A stretch of 64,000 nucleotides of DNA. Origin: Rhizodiscina lignyota. Lineage: Eukaryota. The DNA lies in contig ML978136.1 of NCBI GenBank assembly GCA_010015805.1, forward strand, positions 1 through 64,000, given 5' to 3'. Positions 24,571 through 36,286 of this stretch are shown one piece after another. The notes beneath the pieces were generated by a model, which searched no databases, had not been told where the DNA came from, and was given only the letters and a program-made list of their open reading frames with translations. The position numbers and the translations under genes are program-made. The first letter of the stretch is position 1; the number at the start of each line of letters is the position of its first letter.

Positions 24571-25469
24571 AAGTCTGTGCGATGAGCTTGATACCTGTGA
24601 AGTTGTGTATTATTATATCCTTATATAATACACGAAATTTTAGGACGTCTGCAACTGACACAGTAGGATAATTGGGCTAGCACACTTTGAGGCGTCTCTT
24701 GAGGCTCGGCTGAAGCTGCTCTTTTCGTGAACGTTTAGAAGTCATGGCGAATCAATGTGAGTGGTGAAGCTGTCTCTTCAATCACTTACTATGGAAAGAT
24801 GATATCTGCAGGTGGACCCTTATTAGCGTTCAACGCGCGACGCGTCGGAACGTTGAAGCTTTGCAGGGATTTGTGGCGCCACCCGAGAGATCATCCAGCC
24901 TTCCATCCTTCAGATGCCTGATTATTGTATATTATCGAACCCGGCAAAAAAGTTTCGGGCCATGCAGCGAAAGCCAGGGTATTGCGCATTTTAGAATATT
25001 TAAAGGACTGGGGGCGAAGCACTTTTCGCTCTGGAGGCCGAGCCACAAAGTCCTTGGGTAGACAATGCCCCTGGCAGTTCTTCCTCATGAACGAACGAGC
25101 CAACCCAGTTCTGGGTGGAACCCCACCCAAACCTGGGTGATCAAGGCCTTCCAAGTCGGGTGATCTCCGGGGCCCCCTTTCGGTCGCGACAACCGTGCAC
25201 ATTCGTACACAGCCTCTCCATCTGCCAATCACCGGGGAAGATTGCTTAGCTGCAACATTGAAACGCAAGGCGTTTGCTTTAAGCCTTGCTTTAAGCCTCC
25301 GAGTCACGAAAGACATGTCTGCACGATGGGCATATAGATGGCTCATTTCACGAGAGAGAGTAGGTATTTACTCATTCACTTCCTTATCGTAACCAAGTTG
25401 CGCAATCCTATCTGAGAAACCTCCATTGTGCTTCTCTTACTCTTTCTAATTAATATATATCTTTTAATC

Positions 25470-26348
25470 ATGCCAAAAGCTCTGAGCCTCTGGTCTCTCT
25501 TTGTTCTTTCCATCTATGCCACAGCCCTACCTGATCGCATAGCACCGAAAATCGCAAATGAGAGGCAATGGACCGAGGAACGCCAACTATCAATGAAGCG
25601 CGCCCCCATCGATATTCCCGAGATTCCCGAAGTCACAGATCCTGCTCCAGAGCCTCCAGTAGTTCCACATCAGCCAGATACTCCAGATACCGAGCTCGGC
25701 GGACCTGGACACGACACTCCATCGAGCGGCTCCAGCCCTGACCCCTTCAACCCTTCACTAGCACCGAACGAAGCTCCATCAGAAGAGTCGGAAGGAAAAG
25801 AGGCAGTCGAGGACGCGCTCGACACGGTGAAAGAAATCATCGATAAAATCAACGACGCTATACAAAACTCTCAGAACGGCGCCCCATCTTCATGCAACCC
25901 ACCGGCCTCAGTCTATCTCCCGTACTATCAGACTTTTACCTCCTCATGCGCTCCTAACTATGCTCTGGACTGTCCGGACGCTGCTTTGCAAACCGCCAGC
26001 CTCTCATTAAATAATACGTGGGCTCAGTGTCGCAACTCCACCACCGCTGCGTGCAATTCCAACACCGACATAGGTAACATTATCCAATGTCCGAGCTTCT
26101 CAGACTCGGGATGCCAGAACAATGTCACAGCGGCGTGCAATAGCATTCGCAAGTATGCTTCGCAGAACTGCAACATCGACCTTCCGGCCTGCGAGTCCCC
26201 GTCTGGCTCCAGCAATGGATCGAATGCGACGGCTCCAAGAGCTACGCCGACGCCGACGAGTTCCTCTGTCTCAGGTGCGAATCACTTGGCGGTGGGATTC
26301 TGGAGTATCGCGACGACGTTGATGCTGTTTTTGCCCCTTTCCCTGTAA
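25470..26348 (+). CDS. Secreted Cys-rich, probably GPI-anchored protein
   Basis: Signal peptide, KR Kex2-like site, acidic Pro-rich segment, 10-Cys domain, S/T linker, hydrophobic C-terminus (SGANHLAVGFWSIATTLMLFLPLSL). Confidence 0.75.
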   Translation: MPKALSLWSLFVLSIYATALPDRIAPKIANERQWTEERQLSMKRAPIDIPEIPEVTDPAPEPPVVPHQPDTPDTELGGPGHDTPSSGSSPDPFNPSLAPNEAPSEESEGKEAVEDALDTVKEIIDKINDAIQNSQNGAPSSCNPPASVYLPYYQTFTSSCAPNYALDCPDAALQTASLSLNNTWAQCRNSTTAACNSNTDIGNIIQCPSFSDSGCQNNVTAACNSIRKYASQNCNIDLPACESPSGSSNGSNATAPRATPTPTSSSVSGANHLAVGFWSIATTLMLFLPLSL

Positions 26349-26748
26349 ATTCAGCTGTAGGCTAGACACCAGCATCTCGTAGCATAGCGGCGGCGTTTTT
26401 AAAGGATATCATGCAATTTAACGAGGCTTGACATGATTGGATTCTGTGTTAGAATTTTCGATATTTACTGTAGATATTTCATCAATACAGACTGCTGCTA
26501 AGCAGTAATGTGATATCCTGATTGGAAAGCGATTGAACGATTCTAATTCCTAGTGCACCACCAAGATAAGGTACATTAAATGAGGCCGTTTCTGCGCGCA
26601 GGTGGGAAATCCTTACATCTTAACTTCCGGGCCCCATGGCCCGTCATGAGATGTAGCGACCGTTATTACTCAACTGAGAAGTCTCGATAGAATAAAGCCT
26701 TCCGCAAACCCGATGGCTAGACTCTTCGAAGGGGTATCTTCTTCCTCT

Positions 26749-28101
26749 TTACAATATTTCATTTCGCTCTCTATCCTCAAGTTCCCTTTCCAGTTCTGCT
26801 TCTCTTTCCGCAAGCGCACTCGCCTCTTCTATCCTGTGTCGCTGCTTTCGAATGCGCTCAATCTCGAACCGAAGCTGATCAGTACCGAGCGTTGAAGCTC
26901 GCGATGATCCGCCTGAGAAAAGGGGTGAATGTGCGGACGGCGAGCTGGAGCGATACGAGTTCTTGCTCGTTCGATCAAGAGCCCCCGCTGATGCAGGGTC
27001 GAGTGCTGTAGCTCCGCTGTCCGATTCCGCTGTGGGAGCCTGCTGATGCCCACCAGATGCACCGAGTCCTTGCGGCGGTTGCCTGACAGAGCTGCTCGCA
27101 GCAAGCTCCGCAACGCCCGTTGTTGAGTGCCCTTGGTGTCTCCCAAAATCTGAGAAGAATCCAGCAGCTTCAGAAGTATCCGATATCCTTTCCTTCGGTT
27201 CTTTTGTCGCGGCCTTGCGCATGCGATTCCGCCTCATGGCCAAGACGATTACAAGCACAACGATTGCGACAGCTGCCACTGTCCCTACTACTATGCCAGC
27301 TATTGCTCCTCCACTGAGAGACTGATGCGAACTGATTGCCACAGCGGTCGTTGAATGTGTTGCAAGAGAAGAGGACTGCATCCCCATCGTCTTACTTGCC
27401 ACGGCGGTAGAGGAATGATTCGCCGTAGATGAAGACGAGATTGACATGCCAGACATCGAGGACATTGAAGATGCCAAGGCAGACGTCGATGTAGACATCG
27501 AACTTGACATGAAAGTTTCGGAGGACTGGCGCGCGATGCTGTTGAGAGAAACGTCATTGGTGATATACTCGGCAAAGACGGAAGATCCATTCCTGCAAGC
27601 GCCTTGCGGTTTAGCTTTGCCAGGTTGAAACATGACAACGGCACACTGTGAGGCGATCAGCATGATGCTGCAGGCGTCGGCCTCAGCATATGTGAACAAG
27701 CTAACCTGGAAAAACATCCCAGTAGAAGTATTAGCAATGACCTGAAAAACACCAGTCTGTCCATTGAAGTTGGAGGGCATAGAAACCGATGGCAGGCAGA
27801 AGTCGCCAATTCCATGTTGTTGGATCACTGGGAAGACATCTGTCCAGCCTTTCTCCAGCGAGTTGTCCAAAGTCGCGCGGAAAAGGTAGTCAGTGATCTG
27901 ATGCTCAGAAGTGACATAGATTGAAGCGCCATCCACGTCGAAGAAGGTCATGTTGCTCATCTGCAGATTCACTGCGACGCCGCCGCAAGGCCCTGTGCTC
28001 TCTGTTTGCGCGTCATAGCCGGTGGACTCTGGGAAGTTAAGCTGGAAATTGGCGCTGCCTAGGGCAGCAAAGATGACGACCGCAGCGATTCTCGTGAGCA
28101 T
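26749..28101 (-). CDS. Bim1/X325 (LPMO-like) ectodomain protein with Ser-rich stalk, TM helix and cytoplasmic tail
   Basis: Signal peptide then NFQLNFP..TGYD..GPCGG, GIGDFCLP, GVFQV..FQCA; LSGGAIAGIVVG TM helix; likely 60-nt intron 27705-27646. Confidence 0.75.
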   Translation of the reverse strand: MLTRIAAVVIFAALGSANFQLNFPESTGYDAQTESTGPCGGVAVNLQMSNMTFFDVDGASIYVTSEHQITDYLFRATLDNSLEKGWTDVFPVIQQHGIGDFCLPSVSMPSNFNGQTGVFQVIANTSTGMFFQVSLFTYAEADACSIMLIASQCAVVMFQPGKAKPQGACRNGSSVFAEYITNDVSLNSIARQSSETFMSSSMSTSTSALASSMSSMSGMSISSSSTANHSSTAVASKTMGMQSSSLATHSTTAVAISSHQSLSGGAIAGIVVGTVAAVAIVVLVIVLAMRRNRMRKAATKEPKERISDTSEAAGFFSDFGRHQGHSTTGVAELAASSSVRQPPQGLGASGGHQQAPTAESDSGATALDPASAGALDRTSKNSYRSSSPSAHSPLFSGGSSRASTLGTDQLRFEIERIRKQRHRIEEASALAEREAELERELEDRERNEIL

Positions 28102-29279
28102 GTCGATGAGATTGATGGGTGCTGTCGTCTCCCAGAGGTTTAGAGAACAGCCAAACTGGCATGCCGGTGCGACTGATGATGAGAGGCCGAAAGGTTGCCG
28201 CTTCGGCGGTTGGGGGTCATGATTAAAGTCTGTCAGGCTGAACGTCCAACGCCATAGTGGATGCGGGGAACGGACAGCGCGCTACACAATGATGAACAGA
28301 CACCAAGATCACCATTCAAAAGACTGCTTGGTCATGTTCAGCCTTATCATTCCACCAATGAACAAGTCGTGGCTTGAAGAAGTGCCTGTGGTGGTAGGGT
28401 TGGAGGGCGCCATCGTGGGATGTCCGGCGAGCGTCGAACACTGAGTGGAGAGAGGTCTGCTTTGCGGCTGCAAGCCAACTCATGTACAGGACTGACTAAA
28501 TGAGCAAGTTACGCCCCATCTGTAGACATTTTCCAGAACGTCGGCTGGTTAGTAGAAGTCCGCTATGTAGCGGGCATGATTAGGATGCCCATGATGTCGA
28601 GGACGTCTTTTTGGTATTGGCGACAGCGCTCCTCTTTTGAACCTGGTTTCATCGATGTTTTTCTTTCTTCTTTGCTCTTTCTGTTCAATCCAGGTCTTCA
28701 GCCTTGCAGAGCCGCGAAGTGCTTGTCGTGGTGGTGAATGAATCCTTCAGCTCTCAAAATAGTAAAGATCGGTCGTGGCTGCAGGGAGCCCGAAAGGTAC
28801 TCTAGCGCCCCGTGGGGTGAACCGCTCCAATGAGTGCAAAGATCGCACGGTACGAGAGTACTTTCAACACGCTGTGAGATTGCTCATATAGACAGATGAA
28901 ATGCGCCAAGTCAGTATTGTTTAAGATTGTAGCCAGACCACGTTGAAGATATGGTTTGATTTCGATGGGACGGAGCTTCGAGAACATCGGACAACCACCA
29001 GAAAAAATGCATCCGGCAAAAAACCAAAAACAAATCATCGCTGTCCTACAATGTGCGCGGCTTGTATGCAAATATGTTTTAGATCCAGTTATCCCTATGC
29101 AGATGCTTTATCGTCGTTCTACGCTATTTGTACAGACACTTTTTCGCCGTCTTCCGCGCAAAGTAATGTCCATACCAAATGTCAAGCCCAAGGGTATCTT
29201 CTGCAGCCATCAAACGCCATCGCAGAAATCGCCGTAACAAACACCAGTCGTCCCCAATGCAATATCTCTGTATGCTCCA

Positions 29280-30317
29280 TCAAGTTTTCAGCTCCCTCCA
29301 GTTTCCCTTGAGTCTCTGCTCAAACCATCTCTTTACTCCATCACCGACCTTCTCCTCTAGATCTTTGAACCTATTCTCCAGCTCCATATCGTCCATTGCA
29401 TATACGATAGGAGCTCCCTGCTTTGCCCATTCCCTCCGCTGAAATCCGTTCTGTGCCTGCCTGTAGGGGCTACCACCGAGGACATAGTACAGCACAGTCA
29501 TCATAAGCGCGTATCCATCGCTGTCTTCATCGGGTCCTTCATTAGATCCCTTATAAGTAAGCAGCCGTGGTGCCATGTAATCCCACGTGCCACCACCGTC
29601 CTCAGATTCGCGCTTCCAGTCGGCATTTCGTACTTTCGCGGACGAGAAGTCGCAGTACACGGCCTTGAATGGGAATGCGACGTTGCCGGCGGATTCTTCA
29701 GCGCGGAGGAGGATGTTGCCGGGTTTGATATCGCCATGGATGACGCCGTTGGAGTGGACGAATTGTAGGCCAGTGATGAGCTGGGAGGCGAGCAGCTTAT
29801 ACGAGGCGGCGACAGTACCGATGCGCATATCGCGGGACAAGGTCCCAAGGTCTTTGTTGATGAAAGACTCGAGAGACATTTCGCATGCTTCCATGACAAT
29901 GGCGTCGAGGGACTCATCCAGGCCGAAGAAGCCGACTACGTGCTGCATGTACTCGGGGCGATGAGCGAGTTGCGAATGGATACGTGCCTCGTCGCGCAGG
30001 ATTTTTCTCGAGGCCTTATCGACGGGTACCTTGACGGCACGCACCGGAGATGCGGACTTTCCGAATGATGATTTGACTGGTGATGTTGGAGGTGTTAGGG
30101 AGAATGGTGATGAAGTGACATTGTGAAGTACGACTTTGTAGACATTGCTGGACCTGCCACTGCCGAGAAAGTTCTCTTCTGTGAAGTCTTCCGGTTGGAT
30201 CGAGAGAGCCCAAGACGTCTCTGGCACAAAGCGTGGCATGCTGCCCTCGAATCCGGTGGTAATGCTTGACACTGACTTCTTCGCGCTGTGCGACGGTGTG
30301 TGAGGTGGTGTATCCAT
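29280..30317 (-). CDS. Divergent protein kinase
   Basis: LGSGRSSNVY, AVK, HGDIKPGNILL, DFS, GTWDYMAPR; single exon. Confidence 0.85.
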   Translation of the reverse strand: MDTPPHTPSHSAKKSVSSITTGFEGSMPRFVPETSWALSIQPEDFTEENFLGSGRSSNVYKVVLHNVTSSPFSLTPPTSPVKSSFGKSASPVRAVKVPVDKASRKILRDEARIHSQLAHRPEYMQHVVGFFGLDESLDAIVMEACEMSLESFINKDLGTLSRDMRIGTVAASYKLLASQLITGLQFVHSNGVIHGDIKPGNILLRAEESAGNVAFPFKAVYCDFSSAKVRNADWKRESEDGGGTWDYMAPRLLTYKGSNEGPDEDSDGYALMMTVLYYVLGGSPYRQAQNGFQRREWAKQGAPIVYAMDDMELENRFKDLEEKVGDGVKRWFEQRLKGNWRELKT

Positions 30318-31347
30318 TTCCTTTGATGAATCGAATACAATCAAGTTGTAAGCTTATTGAGAATATACTGTGATGAGATTTGGTGATGTGAGATGTGATG
30401 TTTCGATGAATTCGTGATGGAATGTGTTGCCGATTCCGTGTCAGAGTGTGTTTGGAAGGTGATGAAAGAAGGAAGGAATCGAATAGAACACAGTTTTCTT
30501 AAAATACAGTCCGGAAGCTACAAGAACAGTTGCGTTGGGTTGGTGAAGGAAAGTCTGGTCCACGAGCGCCTGGAGGACCGGTGAAATAAATTCAACGTTA
30601 CACCAACAAAGTCTCTCGAAGTCCCCCACCAACGAGACCTTGTGCGTTTGCTAATGCTTCATCGTGAACGAAGTGGTACCTGAGTTAGTTGAGAGGGCTC
30701 AACGGTCATGAAATGGAGAATGCTGTGGAAGAATGCGTTTGAAGAGAGGCAATTCAGACGCGTCAAGTATGTGTCACCAGATGTAATTGCCAGGGCTGCA
30801 CGACAGGTTCGGCTTCCCGCAGGTGCGCGGATGCGATATGACGTCCTTTTTGAACGTCTCGTTCGAAGCGCCAGGAACGGCCTCCAACATTCTGCCTTGT
30901 CAACCGGCGAAAGCCGAATAGCATTTTTCGGCTTTGGCTAGGCCACAAGAACCAATGGCGCCGGAACGTGTCCTCGTCTCACCTGCACCGAGGCTATTTA
31001 GGGTATATCGCGCACTGTGACCTCGTTTAGCAGTAACCTGACATTCACGTTGGACATTTATGATCGGCCAGAGCGAGGGGTTCGAGGGAGTGGCGATGAT
31101 CCAGCCGGATGTGAGAGTGATATCGCAGCTTAACATCATGCAAAGTCGATGCAGGTGGGGTGGGCGATAGGGGAAGCACGACTCGCGTAGATTTCCCATC
31201 TGCGCGCCAAGATCGGGTGCTGTGAGCCGAAACGCGTGCCACTCGAGGAGACGGTGTTTCCCGTGTGTCCAGCATCTTCACATGTCCTCTCGCTGACTCT
31301 CACCTTTTCTTCTGCCAACATTCGAGGCCCGCCACTCGAGTGCGACG

Positions 31348-32271
31348 ATGGAGGAGCTCCAGGCTCGTCATCGCAAAGAGCAGCGTGACCTAGTCGCAAA
31401 AATCACGCAGAAGAAGAAGGCCGCGTCGAAGAAGACTCGGAAAGGCGTGAACGACGAATGCGCAGACCTCGAACGTGAGCTCAAGGAGCGACATGAGCGT
31501 GAAATTGCAGCTCTCAATGGCGATGGGGATGTGAAGGATGAGAACAATGAGGCACCCGAGGATGACAATGTACACAGAAATGGTGTAGATACAGCGGTGG
31601 AGCAACTTTCAATAACCCCAAAAACCGAAAATGGCCAGCCGAGCGACGAGACTTCCACAGCGAAGAAGCCAAACCGCGCAAAAGCACGCCTAGCACGTCG
31701 TGCCGCGGAGCAAGAAGCGCTCGCTGCACAAGCAGCTGAAGAAGCTGCGAACATGCCCGACCTGCGCGAACTAGAGAAGCAAAGGATGAACGAGCAGTTC
31801 AAAGGCAGAGGACTGCAAGAGAAGGTCATAAGGGCTGACGGCCACTGCTTATACTCTGCAGTTGCGGATCAACTGGACACAATGGGAATTGGGTTGAAAC
31901 CAAGGATCCAGCCTACGATCGCAAATGGCGAAGGAAAAGGGAGCGCTGAAGCTCCTGCATACAAGACTGTGCGAGCTGCGGCAGCTGAATATATTCAGGC
32001 GCATTCCGACGACTTCGTACCCTTCCTTGAAGAGCCTTTGGAAGATTACGTGCATAAGGTCAGAGATACTGGCGAATGGGGTGGGCAGCTGGAGCTTTTG
32101 GCATTGGCAAAGACTTACGGCGTGGGCATCAATGTCATACAAGGAGACGGTAGGATTGAGAAAATTGATGGCGCTGAGAATGCAGAGGAAGACAAGAACA
32201 TATGGCTAGCCTATTACAGGCACGGCTTTGGACTGGGAGAACACTACAATTCCCTGCGAAAGGCCGGTTGA
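31348..32271 (+). CDS. OTU2: OTU-domain deubiquitinase (Otu2/OTUD6-like)
   Basis: MEELQARHRKEQRDL N-terminus, ADGHCLYSAV, WGGQLEL, GEHYNS. Confidence 0.92.
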   Translation: MEELQARHRKEQRDLVAKITQKKKAASKKTRKGVNDECADLERELKERHEREIAALNGDGDVKDENNEAPEDDNVHRNGVDTAVEQLSITPKTENGQPSDETSTAKKPNRAKARLARRAAEQEALAAQAAEEAANMPDLRELEKQRMNEQFKGRGLQEKVIRADGHCLYSAVADQLDTMGIGLKPRIQPTIANGEGKGSAEAPAYKTVRAAAAEYIQAHSDDFVPFLEEPLEDYVHKVRDTGEWGGQLELLALAKTYGVGINVIQGDGRIEKIDGAENAEEDKNIWLAYYRHGFGLGEHYNSLRKAG

Positions 32272-32340
32272 ACGTCCTCGAAAACCCGGTTGAAAGTACC
32301 GCAACGCCTTCAACAATGCAGGTGAGAATGTACAGGTTTC

Positions 32341-33252
32341 TCACTGATGCCGCCATATGCTCATCCAGTCTGTGCCCTGGCCAGCTGGGTGCGTCCGCTC
32401 TGGTTGCCAGTGAGCGATCTTGATGAGAGCGTCGCTGCTCGGCTTTAAGCTCGAGGACTTGGTTACCCAACCCTCTTCATTATAGGAAATCTCTTCTCCT
32501 GGACGAGCCAGGAGCTCCTCGTATACTAACGGTGGGAGGCACCACGGTGGTCCTCCAGTGGACGGAGCTTTGGTGGTTGGGTACTCGAGACAGATAAGAT
32601 GACCGTCTTCGGGTGAGAGCAACTCACTCATGCGGCGAGCCCATTTCGGCCTCAGAGCAAGGGGAAGCGCGCAGAGGAACTGGAGCAGTCAAGTTAACTC
32701 ACCGAACCACGCGGATGAGACGGATGGGTGGCATACAGTATAGTCGAAAATCAGATCAAAGCCGTGTCCAATGCCGCCAGTGATATTGCCAAACCAGTCA
32801 TTGCTGAAGAAGTCTCCGTAAATAAACGTGACGGAGCCCTTGCCAGTCTGTGCGTCGCGCACAGCATATTCCGGCTTATCGGCACTTTGCTCGGCATTCT
32901 CTTTACATTTGCGTATAACTGTTTCACTTGCGTCCAGCCCGCAAACGTCGTATCCAAAACTTGCCAGCAGCAGCGCGTCGTAGCCTTTGCCGCAACCCGG
33001 AACAAACGCTCGCTTGCGCCGGGAGACGGCACCAGATGGTCCACCTTGATCCGCCATGACGGCAGCTCCCAGCACATCTTTACGGTCATTGATGGCGTCG
33101 ACAAGAGCCGGACTTGGTTGGCCTCTGTCCCAGGGCAAGCACGAGCCGTCGAGGTAGAGCTCGTCCCATTTCTTTGTGAGCACAGAGGGCTCCGCATCCA
33201 GGAAGTGCAGGCGGGCCTTTTCGCGCTGCTTTTCTTTTGCCGCGGCGTCCAT
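32341..33252 (-). CDS. SAM-dependent thiol/halide methyltransferase (TPMT/HOL-like), 2 exons
   Basis: LPWDRG, VPGCGKGYD, GDFF, DLIFDYT|FLCAL across intron 32736-32680, GGPPW. Confidence 0.88.
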
Positions 33253-33956
33253 GGCGACGCAGGTCAGTGTGGCACTGGTGTGCAATTAGGCACGCCTCGC
33301 TGCAGTCACAGATGGCTGCATTAAGTACAGTGCAGGTGCAAAGTGATTTGTGATGTTTCCTAATTATATCTGGGGGCAGCGAACGCCTCCGCTTCTTCAA
33401 TGTACTGTAGGACGAGCTAGAAAGCATGCTACCAGCGTGCCACTTTCCCGCTATGGCCTCGGGTTTAAGCTTAAAAGGCTTAGTATTCCCGGCATGTCCA
33501 TTCCACCCCAGTGCCCATCCTCACCGCCCGATAGCCGCTCGCCAGCACCGATCGCCCACCAACCCCCCGTCAACCTTGCCGGCTGCCCGCTTTTAGACTC
33601 TCCCCGATGCAGTATGGAGTGTAAAAGCGGAGAGATTGCGCAGGTTTACCCATTGTTCCTAGGTCGAGCATCAACGCCCATCGGTATCTCGGCACACAGA
33701 GACTAGAGGAGCAGCTGCGACAAGTCGTTGGAGTCGTCAACGAACGGCATGATGGGCGCGCTGCAGGTTGCTTTTAAGTATTCGGTTACCTTTCCTTTCT
33801 GTTCCTCTCTCTGTTGCTTGCTTCCGTTGGCGCTGTCTTGTCGCTGTGTACCTATTCGTTCGTCCCGACAGCGTTTCTCGTATGCCGCGCCGGTAGACAC
33901 GTCCCCGCCAATCGTCCTGCCGTCCAGTCATTGGCTGGTTCTATCCTTGTTAGAGC

Positions 33957-35878
33957 ATGATGGGGGACATTGAGAAGAAGGATATGGCCGTTGATGTCAA
34001 AGGCGAGGAAGAAGAAATAGCACAGAGAGTCAGATCCGACTCTGATGTTTCAAATACCTCCGACGAGATTGATATCGAGGCGCAACCCCCATCTCCAGCA
34101 GTCCAAGATGGCGGTGATGAGAAGTCCCCACAAACCCAGCTACGGCGGACAGCATCGCGAGCTTCATCATTCAGGAATCCGGTGGAGATAGTGCCTCGAT
34201 CGCAGCGACGCGGTATCCTGGCCCATCTCGCCATCATCCCCGAAGTCACAGTTCCAACAGACTACACCAACTCCGTGAAATGGAGCATCACAGCCATTGT
34301 GGGCATTGCAGCCGCGGCGGCGCCCATGGGATCTGCAATCATCCTGCCAGCGCTGATGCCCATCGCCAAAGATCTTAACACCACCCCCACGATTACCAAC
34401 CTCAGCGTGGCGCTGTACATGCTGGCTATGAGTATCTTTCCTCTGTGGTGGAGCTCATTCAGCGAGACGCTCGGCCGGAGGACGATCTACATTGTATCGT
34501 TCGCGCTCTTCATCGTCTTCGGTATCCTCAGCGCGGTCGCGAGCAATATTGCGATGCTGATCGTCATGCGTATGTTGTCAGGTGGTGCAGCGGCATCTGT
34601 CCAGGCAGTTGGTGCAGGAACAATTGCAGACTTATGGGAACCCCGAGAGCGAGGTCGCGCAATGGGTTTGTTCTATCTAGGTCCACTGTCAGGTCCAATG
34701 ATCGCGCCTGTACTTGGAGGCGTCATGGCTGAGCGGTTGGGCTGGCGCTCAACACTGTGGTTCCTGACGGTGTTCGGCCTGCTTCTGGAAATCGCTCTGA
34801 TCGTTTGCCTGCCAGAGACGTTGAAGAAGAGAAGAAGTGTGGTTGCAGAGGCTGAGAGGGAAGCTGTAAGCCGGACTGCAGGTGAGCGGATCCATACACC
34901 CGCGACATCCCTCCACTCCCACTCTCCCATCTCCACACGACCGTGCTTCCCCGTGGAGTCCATGCTGATGTTTCACAAGGCGTCGGAAATGATTCCGACG
35001 AGATTAATGCAAGTGATGGACGACCTGCGTCGCTGCAGCGCGCAACGACTCGTCAATCTGTGCAGATCAGGACCAAGAAGTGGTTGGCGGTTTTGCGACG
35101 GTGCTTTGTCGACCCATTGAAAATCATCCTCCTACTAAGATTCCCTGCCGTCGCAATTACAGTTTATTACGCGAGCATAACATTCGGTTCACTCTATTTC
35201 CTCAACATCAGCATTGAGACGACGTTCTCGGAGTCACCATATAATTTCTCGACCACGCTCGTCGGCTTGTTGTACATTCCAAACAGTCTTGGCTACTTCC
35301 TCTCCAGCATCCTGGGCGGAAAATGGATCGACTATATCATGCACCGCGAGGCCAAAAGGGCCGGCCGATATCATCCGGACGGTAGTGGACGACTCATCTT
35401 CCGACCTGAAGACCGTATGCGCGAGAATGCCTGGCTAGGAGCCTTCCTCTTTCCGGCAGCGTTGATATGGTACGGCTGGTCAGCACAGTTCCACACCCAC
35501 TGGATCGTACCTGTAAGTCTATTCCCCTTGCGAGTGCCTCCAATTCAAATAAAGCTGACAAATTTCGCTCAGATGATAGCAAACTTCTTCTTCGGCTGCG
35601 GTTCCATGATTGTCTTCGCCATGGCGACGACCATGCTGACCGAGTTCCTCCCCGGCAGAGCGTCGATGGGCATTGCCGTCAACAACTTCATCCGTAACAT
35701 CTTCTCCTGCGTCGGCGGTGTAATCGCGGGGCCCCTCATCACGGCCATCGGGAATGGCTGGCTGTGCACGATCTTGGCGCTTTTATGCCTGGTCAGTGGT
35801 ATCGCGGTGATTGCGAGTATGAAAGCGTTTGGGCCGAGGTGGAGAGAGAAGATGATGGAGGAGCTGAAAGAATGGTGA
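33957..35878 (+). CDS. MFS drug:H+ antiporter (DHA1, Dtr1/Qdr-like), 3 exons
   Basis: WSSFSETLGRR, GAGTIADLWEPRERGRAMG, LGWRST, LPETL, RPEDR, NNFIRN; many TM segments. Confidence 0.92.
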
Positions 35879-36286
35879 TGAACAGGCCGCCTGGGACAGG
35901 CCTGGTGTGGCACCTTTGAAATTACGAAGATATGACTAACAAAAGCGATGAGAGCGATATTGAGCGAGCATGGTCAACTCGTCATAGACGAAGATTTCTA
36001 CATTGAAAATAGCGGTGTATATTCAAGGACAAAGTGACCTCACACAAGTCCATTTCTGTTTTCAGGCGTGAGTTACGCAAGGGTGTAACGAGAAAACTTG
36101 TTGGAGATGTGCACTGATAGTCTGCAAAGGAGTGATGCGTTGATTGAAGCTAGGCATTGATAAGTATAAGACCCATTAGTGCGGTAATCTCATTCGCCTT
36201 CCTATACCAAACGCCACAAGACAAGCAAACGAAAAAGGAAAGAAAGAAACCGTTTCAACAGCCCTCCTTAGCCGCATCCACCTTAC

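Noticed and set aside
311..35878. Possible RiPP/secondary-metabolite cluster (FAD oxidase, P4H, UstP-like S41, LovD-like, methyltransferase, MFS)
   Set aside because: No PKS/NRPS/terpene synthase, no DUF3328 protein and no KR-delimited repeat precursor; the genes are separated by housekeeping loci.
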